Positions 1 through 14,127 of a stretch of 64,000 nucleotides of DNA are shown here, piece after piece. Numbering within the stretch: the stretch's first letter is position 1; every line of letters begins with the position of its first letter. Under the pieces are notes generated by a model, which saw nothing but the letters and a program-made list of their open reading frames with translations, did no database searches and was not told the DNA's origin. Origin of the DNA: Lama guanicoe (lineage: Eukaryota); contig MU054323.1 of NCBI GenBank assembly GCA_013239625.1, positions 9,951,186 through 10,015,185 of the forward strand, in the 5' to 3' direction. The translations under genes and the position numbers were made by a program.

Positions 1-221
1 CTAACAGGTGTAAGATGGTATCTCATTATGGTTTTTATTTGTATTTCCCTGCTTATTAGTGGTATTAAACACCTTTTCATGTACCTGTTAGCCATTTGTA
101 TGTCTTCTTTGGAAAAATGTCTACTCATTTCCTTAACCCAAAAAATTTAAAAAAATTTTTAATTGAAGTATATTTGATTTACAAAGTTGTGTTAGTTTTT
201 GGTGTACAGCATAGTGACTTA

Positions 222-277
<56 letters not shown>

Positions 278-1150
278 CTAGGTTATTATAAGCTGTTGAA
301 TATAGTTCCCTATGCTATACAGTAGGACCTTGTTGTTTATCTGTTTTGTATATAGTAGTTTGTATCTGCTAATCCCGGACTCCTAGTTTATCCCTCCCTC
401 TCACCGCTTTGGTAACCATAAGTTTGTTTTCTATGTCTGTCTGTTTCTGTTTTGTAAGTAAGTTTGTTTGTGTCATCTTTCTTACATTCCACATGTAAGT
501 GATAGATAATATTTGTCTTTATCTGACTTACTTTACTTAGCATGATCATCTCTGGATCCATCAATGTTGCTGCAAACTCCTCTGCCTATTTTTTTACTTG
601 GATTTTTTTCTATTGAATTGAATGAGTTCTTTATATATTTGGGTATTAACTTCTTGTCAGATATATGATTTGTAAATATTTTCTCCCATTCTGTAGGCTG
701 CCTTTACATTTTGTTGATGGTTTTTTTTACTTTACATCAGCTTTGTAATTTGATGTAGTCTCACTGTTTATTTTTGCTTTTGTTGCCTTTGCTTTTAGTG
801 TGAAATCCAAAAACCAGTTGCCAAGACCAATGTCAAGGACCTTACCCCTCTGCTTCTTCTAGGAGTTTTGTAGTTTCAGGTCTTACATTCAAGTCTTCAA
901 TCCATTTTGAATTGATTTTGTGCATGGTTTAAGATAGTGGTTCCGTTTCATTCTTTTATACGTATCTGTCCAGTTTTCCAGCCCCATTTATTGAAGAGAC
1001 TATTCTTTCCTAAGTGTATCTTTTTGGCTCCTTTGTCATAAATTAACCATATATGTATGGGTTTATTTGTGGTCTCTCTGTTCTGTTCCATTGATCTATG
1101 TGCCTGTTTTTATGCCAATACCATGTTTTGATTGCTGTAGCTTTGTAATA
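1..1150 (-). mobile_element. LINE-1 fragments: older L1 ORF2 3' region with a younger L1 3' end (about 158-580) nested in it
   Basis: Typical antisense L1 text (ggtatctcattatggttttt...; ccaagaccaatgtcaagg; tttatgccaataccatg). The nested piece begins ttttaattgaagtatatttgatttac and contains a (TA)n run. Confidence 0.75.
226..268. repeat. (TA)n microsatellite
   Basis: About 21 TA units, directly visible. Confidence 0.95.
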
Positions 1151-4100
1151 TATACACTTTCCTATTTCTATTTAAAAAATAGAACTATACTATATTTACA
1201 CTTAGTTTTTTCACTTATCATAAAGCATTTCCCTGTCATTATTTAGTCTTTGAAACCTGATTTTTAGTTATGACATGGTATAAGTACCACCATTTATTTG
1301 TATATTTCATTTTTTATTGGAATTTAAGTGGTTTTGAACAATGGTATCTTATATTAATTTGAAAATAATCATATGAATTGGAAATACTTTTAGTCAGTCA
1401 CACTTAATTTTCATTTAAATTGTATTTATAAAGGTAGAGTGTTTCTCTGACATTTCTCAATTTGAAACAGAACCAAAATAATATTCTACCAGCAGTGATC
1501 CTTTTTACTTCTTATATACCCTTTGTCCCAGATTTTCACCCATCTGAATATAGGACTCATAGATATCTTATGGTTCTAATTCTATAATGAGACTCACATC
1601 ATTTCACAATTTCACCTGTTTATTTTTACCACATCCTTATGAGATTAGCAGTGGCTACTAAAGTTTTACTAAAAAGAAACTAGACTATTAAGACTCTTGA
1701 AGGTAAGGGGCATGCCTCAGTCATTGTTCTATCCCCTGGCCATAGTAATCACTAAACAAATTTGACTGACAGTATAGTCTCTTCCCTTATAACACCTCCA
1801 AGCATTTTTACTTGTTTATTCATATTTGAAGGTAAGTGGGGTCTACCATAGTCTAAATTATAAAGTAAGAGTTGCCTTTTAGCATCCCTCCCCTCTCTCC
1901 TAGTAGCTCCTTTTCCCTACACTCTTTAATCCTTATAATAGGTAAGATTTACTAGATGTTTAAAATGGTCCATGCAATGTGTTAAGCATTTTATATTCAT
2001 AACTTCACTTAATATTCACAGCCAGCCTTAAGGTAATTACTGTTGTCTCCACTTTGCAGATAAGGAAACAAAGGCTTAGTGAGGTTAAATAATTTGCCCA
2101 AGGTGATAGAGTGACATTTGAATGCAGGTCTGTCTGACTTGGCTACAGATGGAATTCCTATTATGTTCTGCTGCACCCTTTGATGAAATACTGCCTTTGG
2201 TGGTGGAAATGGACTGCCACAGAAGTCTAGCAGACTACCAAGGACTAAGGAATTGGTGAAAGCATTAAGAACAAAGTCCCTGATGAAAGGTTGTTTGTAT
2301 GGAGTGAATTGGGAGAGAATTCCCACCACAATTTGAACAGATTATTTATAGAAAACACAGAAGCACTTATATTTTATTCAAACTAGCCCCTGTAGATATC
2401 AAGAGTAGTCACATTCTATGTTTTAGGCTTTGATATTTCAACAGGAAATCAGAGCAAACAGGGAGAAAGGGGCTCTGCCAGTCAGCTTGCTTAAGAAAAA
2501 AAAAAAAGCGGGTCTTTTGGATGCTCATGTCTCTCCTGGAGAATGGTAAATTGAGTTGTCTGCAACCACAAACCTTAGGTGATTCCAACCACCTTTTGTG
2601 GACTGGAGGAAAAAAACTTTGCTGGCAGATGCTGCTACTGGGAATTAGAAGCTGCTGAGGCAGTAAGCAACTGACCACTATTCCTGACCACCATTCCATT
2701 CCTGAGGTTACCCTTAAATCTCCCACCGCCAATTAGCCTACTCCCTTGTTAAGCTTAGTGAGGGAAAATGAAAGTAAATGTTTACTGGTCAAGTATATAT
2801 ATATTATCAATAATTTTTCTTTGTGTTGCTACCCTCTGTCATCCTGAAACAATAGGTTCCAGAATTAATTCTGAAGGGTGAGAGATTTGGTGAAGGCTGT
2901 ACCAAGGAAGTAATTAATCAACTGGGCATTGACTGAATCCTGTTTTGCCCAGAGAAGTAAGGGAAAGGGCTTCTGAACAGTGGATAAAAGTTTGACTATA
3001 TATAGCTTCTCTCTATATATATCCAATGAACCACCAGCCTATCTGGCTCTTCCTTCACAATATTTTTTTACATTTGCCCCTTTTCTGCACCTCATAGTTG
3101 TATATTGCTACCAATCACCTCATAGTTGTACTCTATGTATTACTATGAAATTTCTGATTTAATAGTTTTTTTCTTCCTTCAAATGCTCAGACACTACTAA
3201 CAGAGTAAGTTTTTTTTTTAAATGTCTCCTTTTACATGACCATGGAAACTTTGAAGTTCTCTATTGCCTCTGAAGTATAAAGCTCAGTCTTCCACAGTCC
3301 ACAAGCTACATACTTAAACATCCCCCTAGGACAACCAGGTCAACAGATGAAACAATACTTGATCCAGTGTAGGTTTCAAGCCATCAGTAAACTTTCATTG
3401 ACCATTTACTGGGTGGAAAGGTCAGGACCTCTGTAAATTATGGGGAAGACACTTGTGAAAGTCACAGATCTCCAGGAGTTTATATTATGGTAAATGAGAG
3501 CCAGACATGAACACAGAAAGCTAACTTTAGAAGACCCACAATGCAGTGTACAATGGAGAGATGGATAAAGGGCTTAAGCTGGACTTTATTAACTATATAA
3601 ATAAATGCTTATTTGCTTATGTAGTTTGGTTTTCAACTCAATATTAGAATGGACACTGTTAGGTCTTGTTCAATTCAACATCTGTTGAGCACAGTGTACT
3701 TAACAGAAACTATATTAAATGAAATAGGAGAAAGCACAACTTTTCTTTGCTCTTAAGCCAGCGCCTTCTCCAGGAAGTACAGTTAGGGCCTACACTTAAA
3801 ACAATAAATGAAGGATACAATTTCACTAGTAGTTAAATAGAAGGGCAGAAGAAAGGGAATATTCCATGATGGAATTTAAAAATGTACACCAGGGCTTCTA
3901 TATATCTGGAAATGTTATGAAAACTTTAAAGCTTTTAGTGTACGAGTGTTCAGATACTTACACAGAAATGGCACCAGAAGACCACTCTGCTTATGATTCA
4001 ATCAGTTCTCCAAATGCAACCAGAGTGATTTTTTTTTCCAAAACACAGATCTAAGCATGTTACCCACTACTGTATTAAATACTTTCAATAGCACCCCATT

Positions 4101-5049
4101 TTTCTTAGGATAGACAAACTCCTTAGCAGGTTTACAGGATCCCACATGGCTGGACCCCTGCCTATCTTTCCAGTCTCTTTGAGTGAACCCTCACTTCAAT
4201 GGCCTTTTTTGTTCTCATTTTCCCTGCTGTAATAAACTTTTACCTACCGGTCGGGTCTCAACTCAATTGTTACTGGCACAGGTAATTACTTGACCAGAGC
4301 AAAACCCCTATTATAGTACCCTGTACTTCTCTGTAGCATTTATAACAGTCTTAGTTTTGTATTTGTATGATTATTTAATGTCTGGCCCCTACCACAGACT
4401 ACAGTCTAAAAAGGCAGAGATTTTAGATTAAAATTTTCCACATAATAAAAATTAGGTAAAATGTTATTTAAAATATATGTGTGTATATGTGTGTATATAT
4501 ATATTCTATTCTAAATAGTTTTAGCCTAAAGGATAACTACCATTTATCCTCCCAGGCACTACTACTTCAAAACCTATAAAACATCTATATTTAAACAACT
4601 CTAAGCTTTTATTTATCTGTAAAATATAGATAACCTTAAGGATAAGCTGTACATATTAAATGAAAAGACATTATAAGGTTCTTAAAACAATGTAAGGCAC
4701 ATGGTAAGTGTTAAGTAATTGGTACCTATGAATAAAAATAAGCCCTAGTCCTAATTAATTCATATTTATACAGTGTATCTCTTCAAACATTTGATTTATA
4801 TAACAACAGAATAATTCTGATGTTCTTTCAAACTGGTTAAAATGATTCTGAGAAGGCTAAAAAAGATTCAAGAATTGTTACATCTTTTGTTATAATTTTT
4901 AAGGTTATACCATTTTTATCAGTTTTCCCCCTATTATTTACTATAACCCAGATTCATTATTTTTAAGATACACACAAGCCATTAAAATACATATTTAAAA
5001 TACACAGATACATAAAATTTACCTTAAAATGCATATTTTATTTTGGTAG

Positions 5050-5138
5050 CCAATGACCAGCAATCAAACAAAGAAAAGAAAACTAATTTCATGAAGAAAG
5101 ACAAATCTATGGAGTGGTTTACAGGAAGTGAAGAATGA
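5050..5138 (+). CDS. SPDYA: Speedy/RINGO cell cycle regulator A, last coding exon (partial gene; upstream exons lie left of the window)
   Basis: Acceptor ttttggtag ends at 5049. The exon reads (x)NDQQSNKEKKTNFMKKDKSMEWFTGSEE*, with TGA at 5136-5138. The C-terminus MEWFTGSEE matches the SPDYA C-terminus as I recall it, and SPDYA-TRMT61B-WDR43 synteny agrees. Confidence 0.85.
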
Positions 5139-5396
5139 GATGGCTCAACTAAACCAACCTGGAATCATTAACTACAAAATGTCAAACTAACTGCAAGACA
5201 AGTGTCAAAATGGGACATTTAAGCAGTTTTGAAATGTTACATGTCTTTCTTTAGCTTTCATTACTTTTCAGAATTACACATAAAAATTATACAAATCATA
5301 GCTAAACATACCAATTTATGAAAGTAGTGATTTGCAATATAAAGTTCTATTTTGATGCTTTTCCACCTTCAAATCAGTTGTTCTCATCTGGTGTAC

Positions 5397-5440
5397 TCAG
5401 TTAAGCTGTGGTTTGCACTTCCTCAACTTGACAAGAAAAG
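5397..5440 (-). CDS. TRMT61B: tRNA (adenine(58)-N1)-methyltransferase, mitochondrial; exon 7 (last coding)
   Basis: Minus-strand AG at 5442-5441; reads (A)FLVKLRKCKPQLN*, with TGA at 5399-5397. Confidence 0.92.
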
Positions 5441-5515
5441 CTAATTGTAGGGGAGAAAATAGTAAGGTCATTGCAGTAATGAGAAGACACCATACAGTAT
5501 AACCTGAAACCATTA

Positions 5516-5620
<105 letters not shown>

Positions 5621-6302
5621 TTATAAGCTACACAAAATATTTTATAGTTTGTTCACAAAAGTGTTAAAATTCAAATTACTATCCCTTTCCTGTAAGTTTT
5701 TTCTCTCAGGCTTTTTTTTTTTAACATGTTTTGGAGCTACTCTGACAGTTACGTTACAGAAACAATTTATCAAAGATTACATGATAAACTTATATATGAT
5801 TCTATAAGCAAATGTATAAGCTCATATCATAAATCAGCAGATGTTGAAAACTTGTTAGTGGCCTAAACAATGTGTACATACAACAAGGACCTAAATTTAG
5901 TTCTTTGAAAACTTCCAGCAGCATCTCAGAAGTTGCTTTTTGGAATATTAGTTACTTGCATATCAGGTCCTATTTAATTCTTTCTCTTCAGTGATAATCA
6001 GTAATCTATATTTAAAACATTTTTTAGTATATTTAAAGTATTTCATAAGCCAATCCCCTTATCATAAGTAAAATATGAATATTGTAAGTTCAGTTCTTCA
6101 AAGGTATCAGTTTTATATAAAAGGCAAGAAAAGTTATTATTCCTGTCAGATTTTAATTTAACAGAATAAATACATTTCAATTTCTATAAGAAAAATAATA
6201 AATGCTTGAGAAATACTTTTATAATGTATTGCCTAATATATTCAGGAATGTAGTCTCCATTTATTATTGCAAACACATGTGTAAAATAAAACCGAAGCTT
6301 AC

Positions 6303-6529
6303 CATGGTCATCCTCTTGAAACATCTCACCTTCAATTCTAATTTTCTTTTGAGAATGTAATTGTAAATCTGTGTTGATCTTAGGTTTCACTTTTTGAGGT
6401 AAAATTCCATTTTTCTGTTTTGCAAGGCAAACCAACCAATCTCTGACAATAACTTCACTTATCTTTTCACATGAGAGGGCAAGTTCACAGATTCGAATTT
6501 CGTCTAAAAGTTCAATGACCTGTGTGATG
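6303..6529 (-). CDS. TRMT61B: TRMT61B exon 5
   Basis: 227 nt between AAG and GTAAG; (N)[41 protein letters not shown]...FQEDDH; overlaps the 6184..6435 ORF. Confidence 0.92.
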
Positions 6530-6963
6530 CTTTCAGAAGAGTGAAAAATGTACTTAAAACTTCTACCAGAACAATAACTTTATATACTTTTTAAAATTTA
6601 CTACAGCTCTTACCCCAATTTAAATGCTATTCTTAAATCAAGGAGAGGGGGAGTAAAAATGCAAGTTAGGGCACATAAGAAGCAATTTTACAGAATACTA
6701 AGTAAAAAAATACAGAGACTATAATTTAACATCATTGTTCACATTACACTTTAAAAAGCTTTTCTTCTAAATTTTCAAAAGAAATATGCATCTTATATTA
6801 CCATTTATGTAAAGGATGATTACAGCAGTGTAACTGAATTTGGGACATATGCTATTGTGTAACAGTTTTACAAGATGACATATACACTTAACTCAGTTAC
6901 AAAATGAACATTTTAGTCTAGTACTTAAAACAAAATAAAAGTGTGTTTAAAATAACATTATAA

Positions 6964-7118
6964 GGGAGAGGGTATAGCTCAGTGGTAGAGCGAATGCCTA
7001 GCATGCATGAGGTCATGGGTTCAATCCCCAGAACGTCAGTTAAATAAAAAATAACAATAATAAACAAATAAACCTAATTACCTCCCCCCACAAAACAAAA
7101 CAAAAGACATTTATATAA
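6964..7118 (+). mobile_element. tRNA-derived SINE (camelid Vic-1-like) with 13-bp TSD
   Basis: gggagagggtatagctcagtggtagagcg (A box) ... gggttcaatcccca (B box), then an A-rich tail. TSD aaaataacattat at 6949-6961 and 7119-7131. Confidence 0.85.
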
Positions 7119-7156
7119 AAAATAACATTATTATGAAGAACAGCCACATTACTCAC

Positions 7157-7248
7157 TTTGCTAGATATACAGCACATATACCACCTTGTTTAAGATTTGG
7201 ATATAAAACAGGCAAAGCAACTTGAGGATTCAACATATCCAAAGCTAC
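7157..7248 (-). CDS. TRMT61B: TRMT61B exon 4
   Basis: 92 nt between CAG and [36 protein letters not shown], resembling the Trm61 (D)AVFLDLPxP region. Confidence 0.93.
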
Positions 7249-7548
7249 CTGTGATGGGGGAAAGAGAATCAGACTGAGTTTTGTTTAAATAAAGCATAAG
7301 TTTTCTTTTCTTACCGTGGTGAAATGACACACTTTGGGAAAGCAATTACCCAGTTAAAGTATCTCATTGTTTTGTAATATTGTACTAATGACTGTCATTT
7401 TACTCCTCTCAAAAAGGCACATTTATTACTACACAATTTTTCATAGTACTTGACTACATAAAAATCATAATGGCATGTCTTGTAGTTGGCAATACTGATA
7501 ATAAAGGAATCTAGCTGTATTTTATACACATACATATACTTAGACAAA

Positions 7549-7776
7549 GAGTTGACCCTTGAACAACAATTGAACTGTGTGGGTCCACTATGCACGGATT
7601 TATTTTCAATAGTAAACACTACAGTACTCCATGATCTGTGGTTGGTTGAATCCGAAGATGAAGAACCCCAAATACATTGGAACCATGGATAAGGAGGGCC
7701 AACTATAAGTTACTCGGATTTTTGACAGCATGTAGGATCAGTGCCTCTAAACCTTGCGTTGTTCAAAGGTCAAATA
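7549..7776. mobile_element. Tigger2-derived non-autonomous DNA transposon (MITE)
   Basis: Terminal inverted repeats gagttgacccttgaacaac ... gttgttcaaaggtcaa; similar to the copy at 53016-53235. Confidence 0.7.
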
Positions 7777-8149
7777 TATATATAAAGTTTCAGTGCTTTA
7801 GTTCAGCTTTTGGCAATAGAAATTCACATTATCTCAAATATGTTTTTATATTCAAGAGAAAAGATCTGAATATTAATTTTAGAGATTCTGAAATGCAACT
7901 TTATTCTTCATTTAACTGCAGAATAACAGGCTGTACTCACAAAAGATGTCAAATGAATATAATGAGTAAATGAAATTTTCAAAAGAAATTCATTGAAAAC
8001 AAAAATAAATATGGTCAAAAATAGAAAATAAAGTGACCTATTGATAGATAACTCCAGAAACCTAATCTAGGTGGTACATCATTATATTTACTTAATTAGC
8101 AATTATTCTACTGTTTATGTATTTAAAAAAAACAGTAATAATCATCATT

Positions 8150-9120
8150 CATTATTACTTTATTCACCAAATATTTATTGAGTACCTTCCATGTGCCAAG
8201 CACTTTGCTAAGTGGTTAAAAATATAATGGGAGCTTCTATTGTATTTTTTTTCCATAGGAACTTACATTCTAATAAGGGACAGACATTAAACAGAAGTCC
8301 AATAAATATAATTGAGAGGGCGATGAGTGACATGAAGAACTATAGGACTATAAAGGAGAATATGAAGAACAGAGTGACAGGGCACAGAAAGGAAGTAATA
8401 TTTTATACATAGGCTGCTCAGTGAAGAGACCTGAAGAAAACGATTAAGCTTACCCTGTGGAAATTTAGGGGGGATGTGTGCTTCAGATGGAGAGTGCAGC
8501 ACATACAAATACTCTGAGGCTGTCTGATACTTGAGTCTGAGAAGGCCACTGTCGCTGCAGTGGAGACAGAAGGGATAAAATGGTAAGAGGTGAGTTCTCA
8601 GATGCTGGGGATGTGGTGGGAGTCGGGGAGAGACAGATTATGTAAAATCTTACAGGCTTTAGCTTTACTCAGGAAGAGAAAAGCCACTGAAGAGTTTTAG
8701 ACATGGTTTGACTTTTTAAACTTTTGTGTGTGTGGTAAACATAAAATTTGTCATATCACGTGTACAATTTAGTGGCATTAAGTACATCCTGACATATTTT
8801 TAAAATGTATATATAGAAAAGGCTAAGAGAGTGCAAGGGAAGATGGTGACTTGCAATAGAACATAGCATTGGATGTGATGAGAAGTGGTATATATTTTGA
8901 AAAAATAGAGCCAATTAGAATTAGGATTGGCTGTGGGTTATGAAAGAGAGGAGTGAGAATGAATCCAATGTTTTTAGCCTAAGCCACTGAAAGAATGGAG
9001 ATGTCATATACTATTGAGGAAAATGAAGACAATGGGAAGAACAAGCTTGGGGAGAAATATTCAAGAATTCAGACCTGGATCTGAGTTTTAGATGCCTATT
9101 AGATATCCAAGTAAAGATCT
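8150..9120 (-). mobile_element. LINE-2 relic
   Basis: L2 3'-end text (tttattcaccaaatatttattgagtacct...tgtgccaagcact) followed by purine-rich antisense L2 body. Confidence 0.6.
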
Positions 9121-9473
9121 CAAGGACTGAATCAAAGGGCCAACATTATGGAGATAAATGGGTTTCTCTGACTGTAGTTTTATTATGTTATTGACAAAGA
9201 CCAAAAGTCAAGATTACCAAGAAACCTGCCAATCCTCTTGAATGCTGTATGCTAAGCTAACATTCACTGGTCACTGAAATCAGAAAGTTTAGAATCATTA
9301 TTTTCTTTATCTTGAATTCTCTTTTGAGAATATGTAGGCTTTTGATGCTTTTGTTTGGATTAAAATTATCCAAGCCTACAAATCTACCTCTTAGTATTCC
9401 TCAAATTCATCCTACTGCTAATGCCGTAGGTCAGGACCTCAACATATCTTGTTGAAACATTACAATACCTTTT

Positions 9474-9610
9474 TTTAAAAAAATGTTTTTGGTAGTGGGA
9501 GGTAATTAGGTTTATTTATTTATTTATTTTAATGGAGGTACTGGGGATTGAACCCAGGACCTTGTGCATGCTAAGCATTTACTCTACCACTGAGCTATAC
9601 CCTCCCTCCA
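9474..9610 (-). mobile_element. tRNA-derived SINE (Vic-1-like)
   Basis: Reverse complement of the 6964 element (gaggtactggggattgaacccagg...ctctaccactgagctataccctcc). Near-perfect TSD attacaata(c/g)ctttt at about 9459 and 9611. Confidence 0.85.
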
Positions 9611-12511
9611 ATTACAATAGCTTTTGACATAGATGATGTAAATTCCTTTCTTCCACCAGACTTATTCTAAACTAGGAATCTGGACATTCTACTCTTCTAC
9701 TTAAAAACTCATCAGTGGTTCCCTATTATCTACAAGATAATGTCCATATGCCCGACACACAAGTGTTCTCCATTATCTAGTCCCTCATGACTGCATCTGC
9801 AGCTTCATCTCCTCATTAGACCCAATTCTACAGCCACAGTGTTTCATGCTTCTGAGTCTTTCTAATAATTATTTGTATGTCTATCTCTTCTAGATTGAAA
9901 GCTCCTGTAAATGTATAATTCATTTTTGTCTTAGCATAGTTCATAGCACACATCAGGTCTTTAATAGATGTTTGCTGAATCAAAAAAGTGGTTCAGAAAT
10001 TCAGAGGAAGATGATAATCCTCAATTTAGATGATTATGGTATAGTCCATGGAGGAGGCTACCTTTGATCTAAGCTTTGAAGGAAGAGTGGAATTTAAACA
10101 GGTGGAGAAAAGGGAAAAAGGAGAAAACTAGTAATGATGAAAATCATAGCTAATATTAAATTAATCTTACTATATATCAAGTACAATTTTATGTACTTTA
10201 CAGAAAAATCTCATTTAATCCCCAACAATTCTATGAAATAGGTATTATTATTGTTACTATTAATTACTATTCCTGTTTAATACATAAGGTGACCGAGGCA
10301 AAGAAAGATTAAGTAACTTACCCAAGGTCATACTGGCTATTATGGAGCCTGAGTGAATCAGGCTGAATGGACTCTAAAACTTACTTCTCTCTATTCACCT
10401 CTACCTTTTCTCTCTTCAGAGATAATCATTGTCCTAAAGTTGGTAATGTTCCCGAATAATTTTATGCTTTTACAACATGTAAAATGTATATAGCTAAATG
10501 TATATAGCTACAAACAATATATGGTACTGTTTTTCAAATTTTACACATATGTGGCCATTCCATACATTTTCTCGCGTAATTCATCTTCCAGTAAGTACTA
10601 TGTCTTTGAGATTTATTGATGTAGATATAATTCATTTATTTCACTATGTTAAATAATACTATTGTTAGTATTCCATCGTGTCCATTCCTTTTTTGACGGT
10701 TAGGCTGTTTCCAAAATTTGTTAAAATTTTTTAAGAATCTTTTACTAGCCATTTTTCTTCTTCTGTTCTCTTTGTCTTTGTGGTTTAACACCTTTTTTAT
10801 TCATTTACCATCATTCTGGATGGCAGGTGTGTAGGCAGGTTACATACATGGCTAGAGAAGGAAGGTTGAGATCAGATTCTGAAGGACACCGTAAGTCTTT
10901 GAATGAAAAGCTCCTAACTGGTTTCTCAGCAGAAGAGTGACAGTACAAGAATGTGATTAATCTAGAGATGAAGAGAATGGATTGGAAGTGTGAAGGCCCA
11001 GGGGGTGAGATGGCAGCTAGGAGAGGAAGTAAGTAGTCTAGGAAGCAATAATCGACTAGGATAACAATAACCGGAAAACAAGTGGTGGGAATATGAATAG
11101 AAACTTATGTCTATTATACACCTCTTGATTTTTGTTCAAGTCCTACCTTTAAGCAGCACTTTTACCAACTAACACTTTTTAGAGACTTTCTTAAAGAAAG
11201 GAAAATTCTTTATAATCTAGCTTTAACTTAGTAAGTCTCTGTTATGAGTAGTTTAACATCATATATAATTCTTTGCCCCAGTAGTACATGACTCTTCCCT
11301 AGCAGCTGACAGTTTTCTTCCTTCTATATTCTCTCATACTGAGTATTCATCTGGCACTATTACTCAAGATTCAACTGAATAGACTTAATAAGGAGTATTC
11401 TTTCCCTTAGATCAGGGATGGATGATTCAACAAATTTCTACATGGTTGTAATGATACTGTTAAAATATTTTGTTGTGTTTCATGCTCATCAAGCAAAATT
11501 CTGATGACCAATTAACCTCCCAGGTATCTGTGACATTCCTCTGGATGGCCTGCATAGAGCAAGTCCTCCTTCTGCCCTTATTGAGCTATAATACACAAGC
11601 CAAACGAGGATGAGGAAAAAAAAAAAAAACCTGTAGTCCTTGTATCCAGGAATCTGTCCCACTATAATTATTGGCTCTTTTATATTAGAGAGAAGAACCA
11701 TAAAATTCACCTCTTCGAACTTTACTTCATTTCTCACTTAGTGTCCATTATAGAGGCCCTAAAATAATCTAACCTTCCCATAGCCAATTGAAACAAGCGA
11801 AGAAGATTCCTTACCCAGACCTCAGTCCATAGTGTCAAACTATGAACTGATAATGGCATCATCAAGGATAAGGCAACTTATACTGGAATTCTGAAACTTT
11901 GTGTTCAACTAATACCTCTATGTCCCACATCTCCACCATCACTGGTCACAGCTTAAAATGGCATCCTTTTGTCATCTATCCTTTTCTCTTCCTACTACTC
12001 TGCTGCTTCTCCCCTAACTCAGCCTCCTTCTGCTCCACTTCCTCACAAATCCCTCTACTCAACTTTCTGGAGCTTTGTTCATAATAAATATGCCTCTATC
12101 CTCAACACGTTTAATGAACACTCCCCTACATCCTCATCATGATTTGTATCTAAAGATGCTTCTTGCCTGCTCCCTCGAAAATGGAGCCTGTTTAGTCCCC
12201 CAAATCTCACATTAGGTCAGGTGCTAGGCTCAATATGTTCCCAATGCTGCTTCCAAATTATTTTCTTTATCCTAGAAATGCTAAAGTTCATGATGCTCTA
12301 CTCCTCCAATATTTCATCATTATCCCACTTTTATTAACAACTTTGGCACCTAATTCAGTCTGTCCTTCTGCTTTAAATCTCATCTAATATTAAAGGAAAA
12401 TATTCCCCCACTCTTAGAATCAGAAATGGAGCAAATAATGAAGGAAGACTTTATTGTATACAAAAGAAGTGTGGTCCTTATTTTCTTTGTAGTCAGTTTT
12501 AGGTAATATCA

Positions 12512-12727
<216 letters not shown>

Positions 12728-14127
12728 TTAATTTTTTTAAAAAAATGATATTACATATTAATCAGTTCATTAAAAATGTCTGAAATTTATTTTGCAAAGA
12801 TATTAAATTACATGGATATGAAAAAATAATTCAAATAGTTCAAGGTTACAAAGTGTCTACCAAATCCCCAATCTCCCTCTTCAGAGGCGATCATATTACC
12901 AAAGTTATTCACCCTTCCCAAGACAGTTGGTGCTTATACAAGTGTGCAACTATCTCTTTCTCTTTGCTTTTAACACAAGTTGTGACCTATTATATATACT
13001 GTCTTGTACCTTCCTTCTTACTTACCAATACCATTTCAGTGACTAACGATCTATTGTATTTTTTTAAATAGATATTATTTTCTATTGTATGGTTATGCCA
13101 TAGTTTATTTAACCCATCACCTACTGATGAACATGTAGCTTGATTCTAGCCTTATGTTATTACAAACAATATTGGAATGAAAATTATTTTGCCTAAGTCT
13201 TTGTACACATGAGCCAGTATATCTATAGGATAAAGCCCTAAAAATGGAATTGCTGGCTCAAGGGGTATGTGAATTTATTTTGAAAATCATTACCAAATTG
13301 TCCTCCAAAAAAAACCCGATTTACACTCGATCAACAGTATATTAGAGTGCCTATAACTCCATACTCTCTCCAACAAAGAGTTACCAAATCTTTTATCTGT
13401 GTCAATCTACAAATTGCATATAGTTTATGACTGTAGTCTGAATTTTCATTTCTTTTGTTATGGATGAAGTTAGGCCTTTCAAATACTTAAAAGATATTGG
13501 TGTTTTTGTGCATGTCTGAAAAACTTGCAAACTATTTAACATAGTATACTGGAGTTTTACAGAAGATTACTACATTTTAACTTATAGCAATTAATTTTCC
13601 ACCCATCTCTGTCTGAGGTGATTTGATACCATTTGGAGGCTGTCCCAGATCAGTCTATAGTGAAAATGAAAAGTTTAAACTCTAGCATGTCTTTGTTTTG
13701 TTTTGTTTCCAGCATGTCTTTTTGAAATGTAACTCCAGCTGTAAGTCATCATGTATCTCAGGGATAAAAATTAATGTTAATAGTAGCATAAGCTAAACAA
13801 CTAGAAAATTATGGAGAAAAAAACCCACCCCAAAGGTAAGCAGCAGTAATTTCTTGATCACTCACAGTTTGGGATTATTCATGCCATGCATGCCTTTAAT
13901 ACTATAGATGTTAGAAATACAGACACCCTGATGTCTCCTAAAGTTTTATAAATTCACTTTGTCAAATGCATTTAGGAATCTGTCACAGATTATACAGAGT
14001 CCAACAAAAGATGTGAGGAGCCCAAAATGAATTTTCTGACCCAGTATAAGCTGGATTATGTTTATATGTGATGGCATTAGGTCAAAGAACAAAAGGTTTA
14101 ATTCAGTAGATTTCTATTTATAATCTT

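Noticed and set aside
6964..7035. tRNA-like A and B boxes as a functional tRNA gene
   Set aside because: Followed by a SINE body and A-rich tail, flanked by a TSD, and present in several diverged copies in the window.
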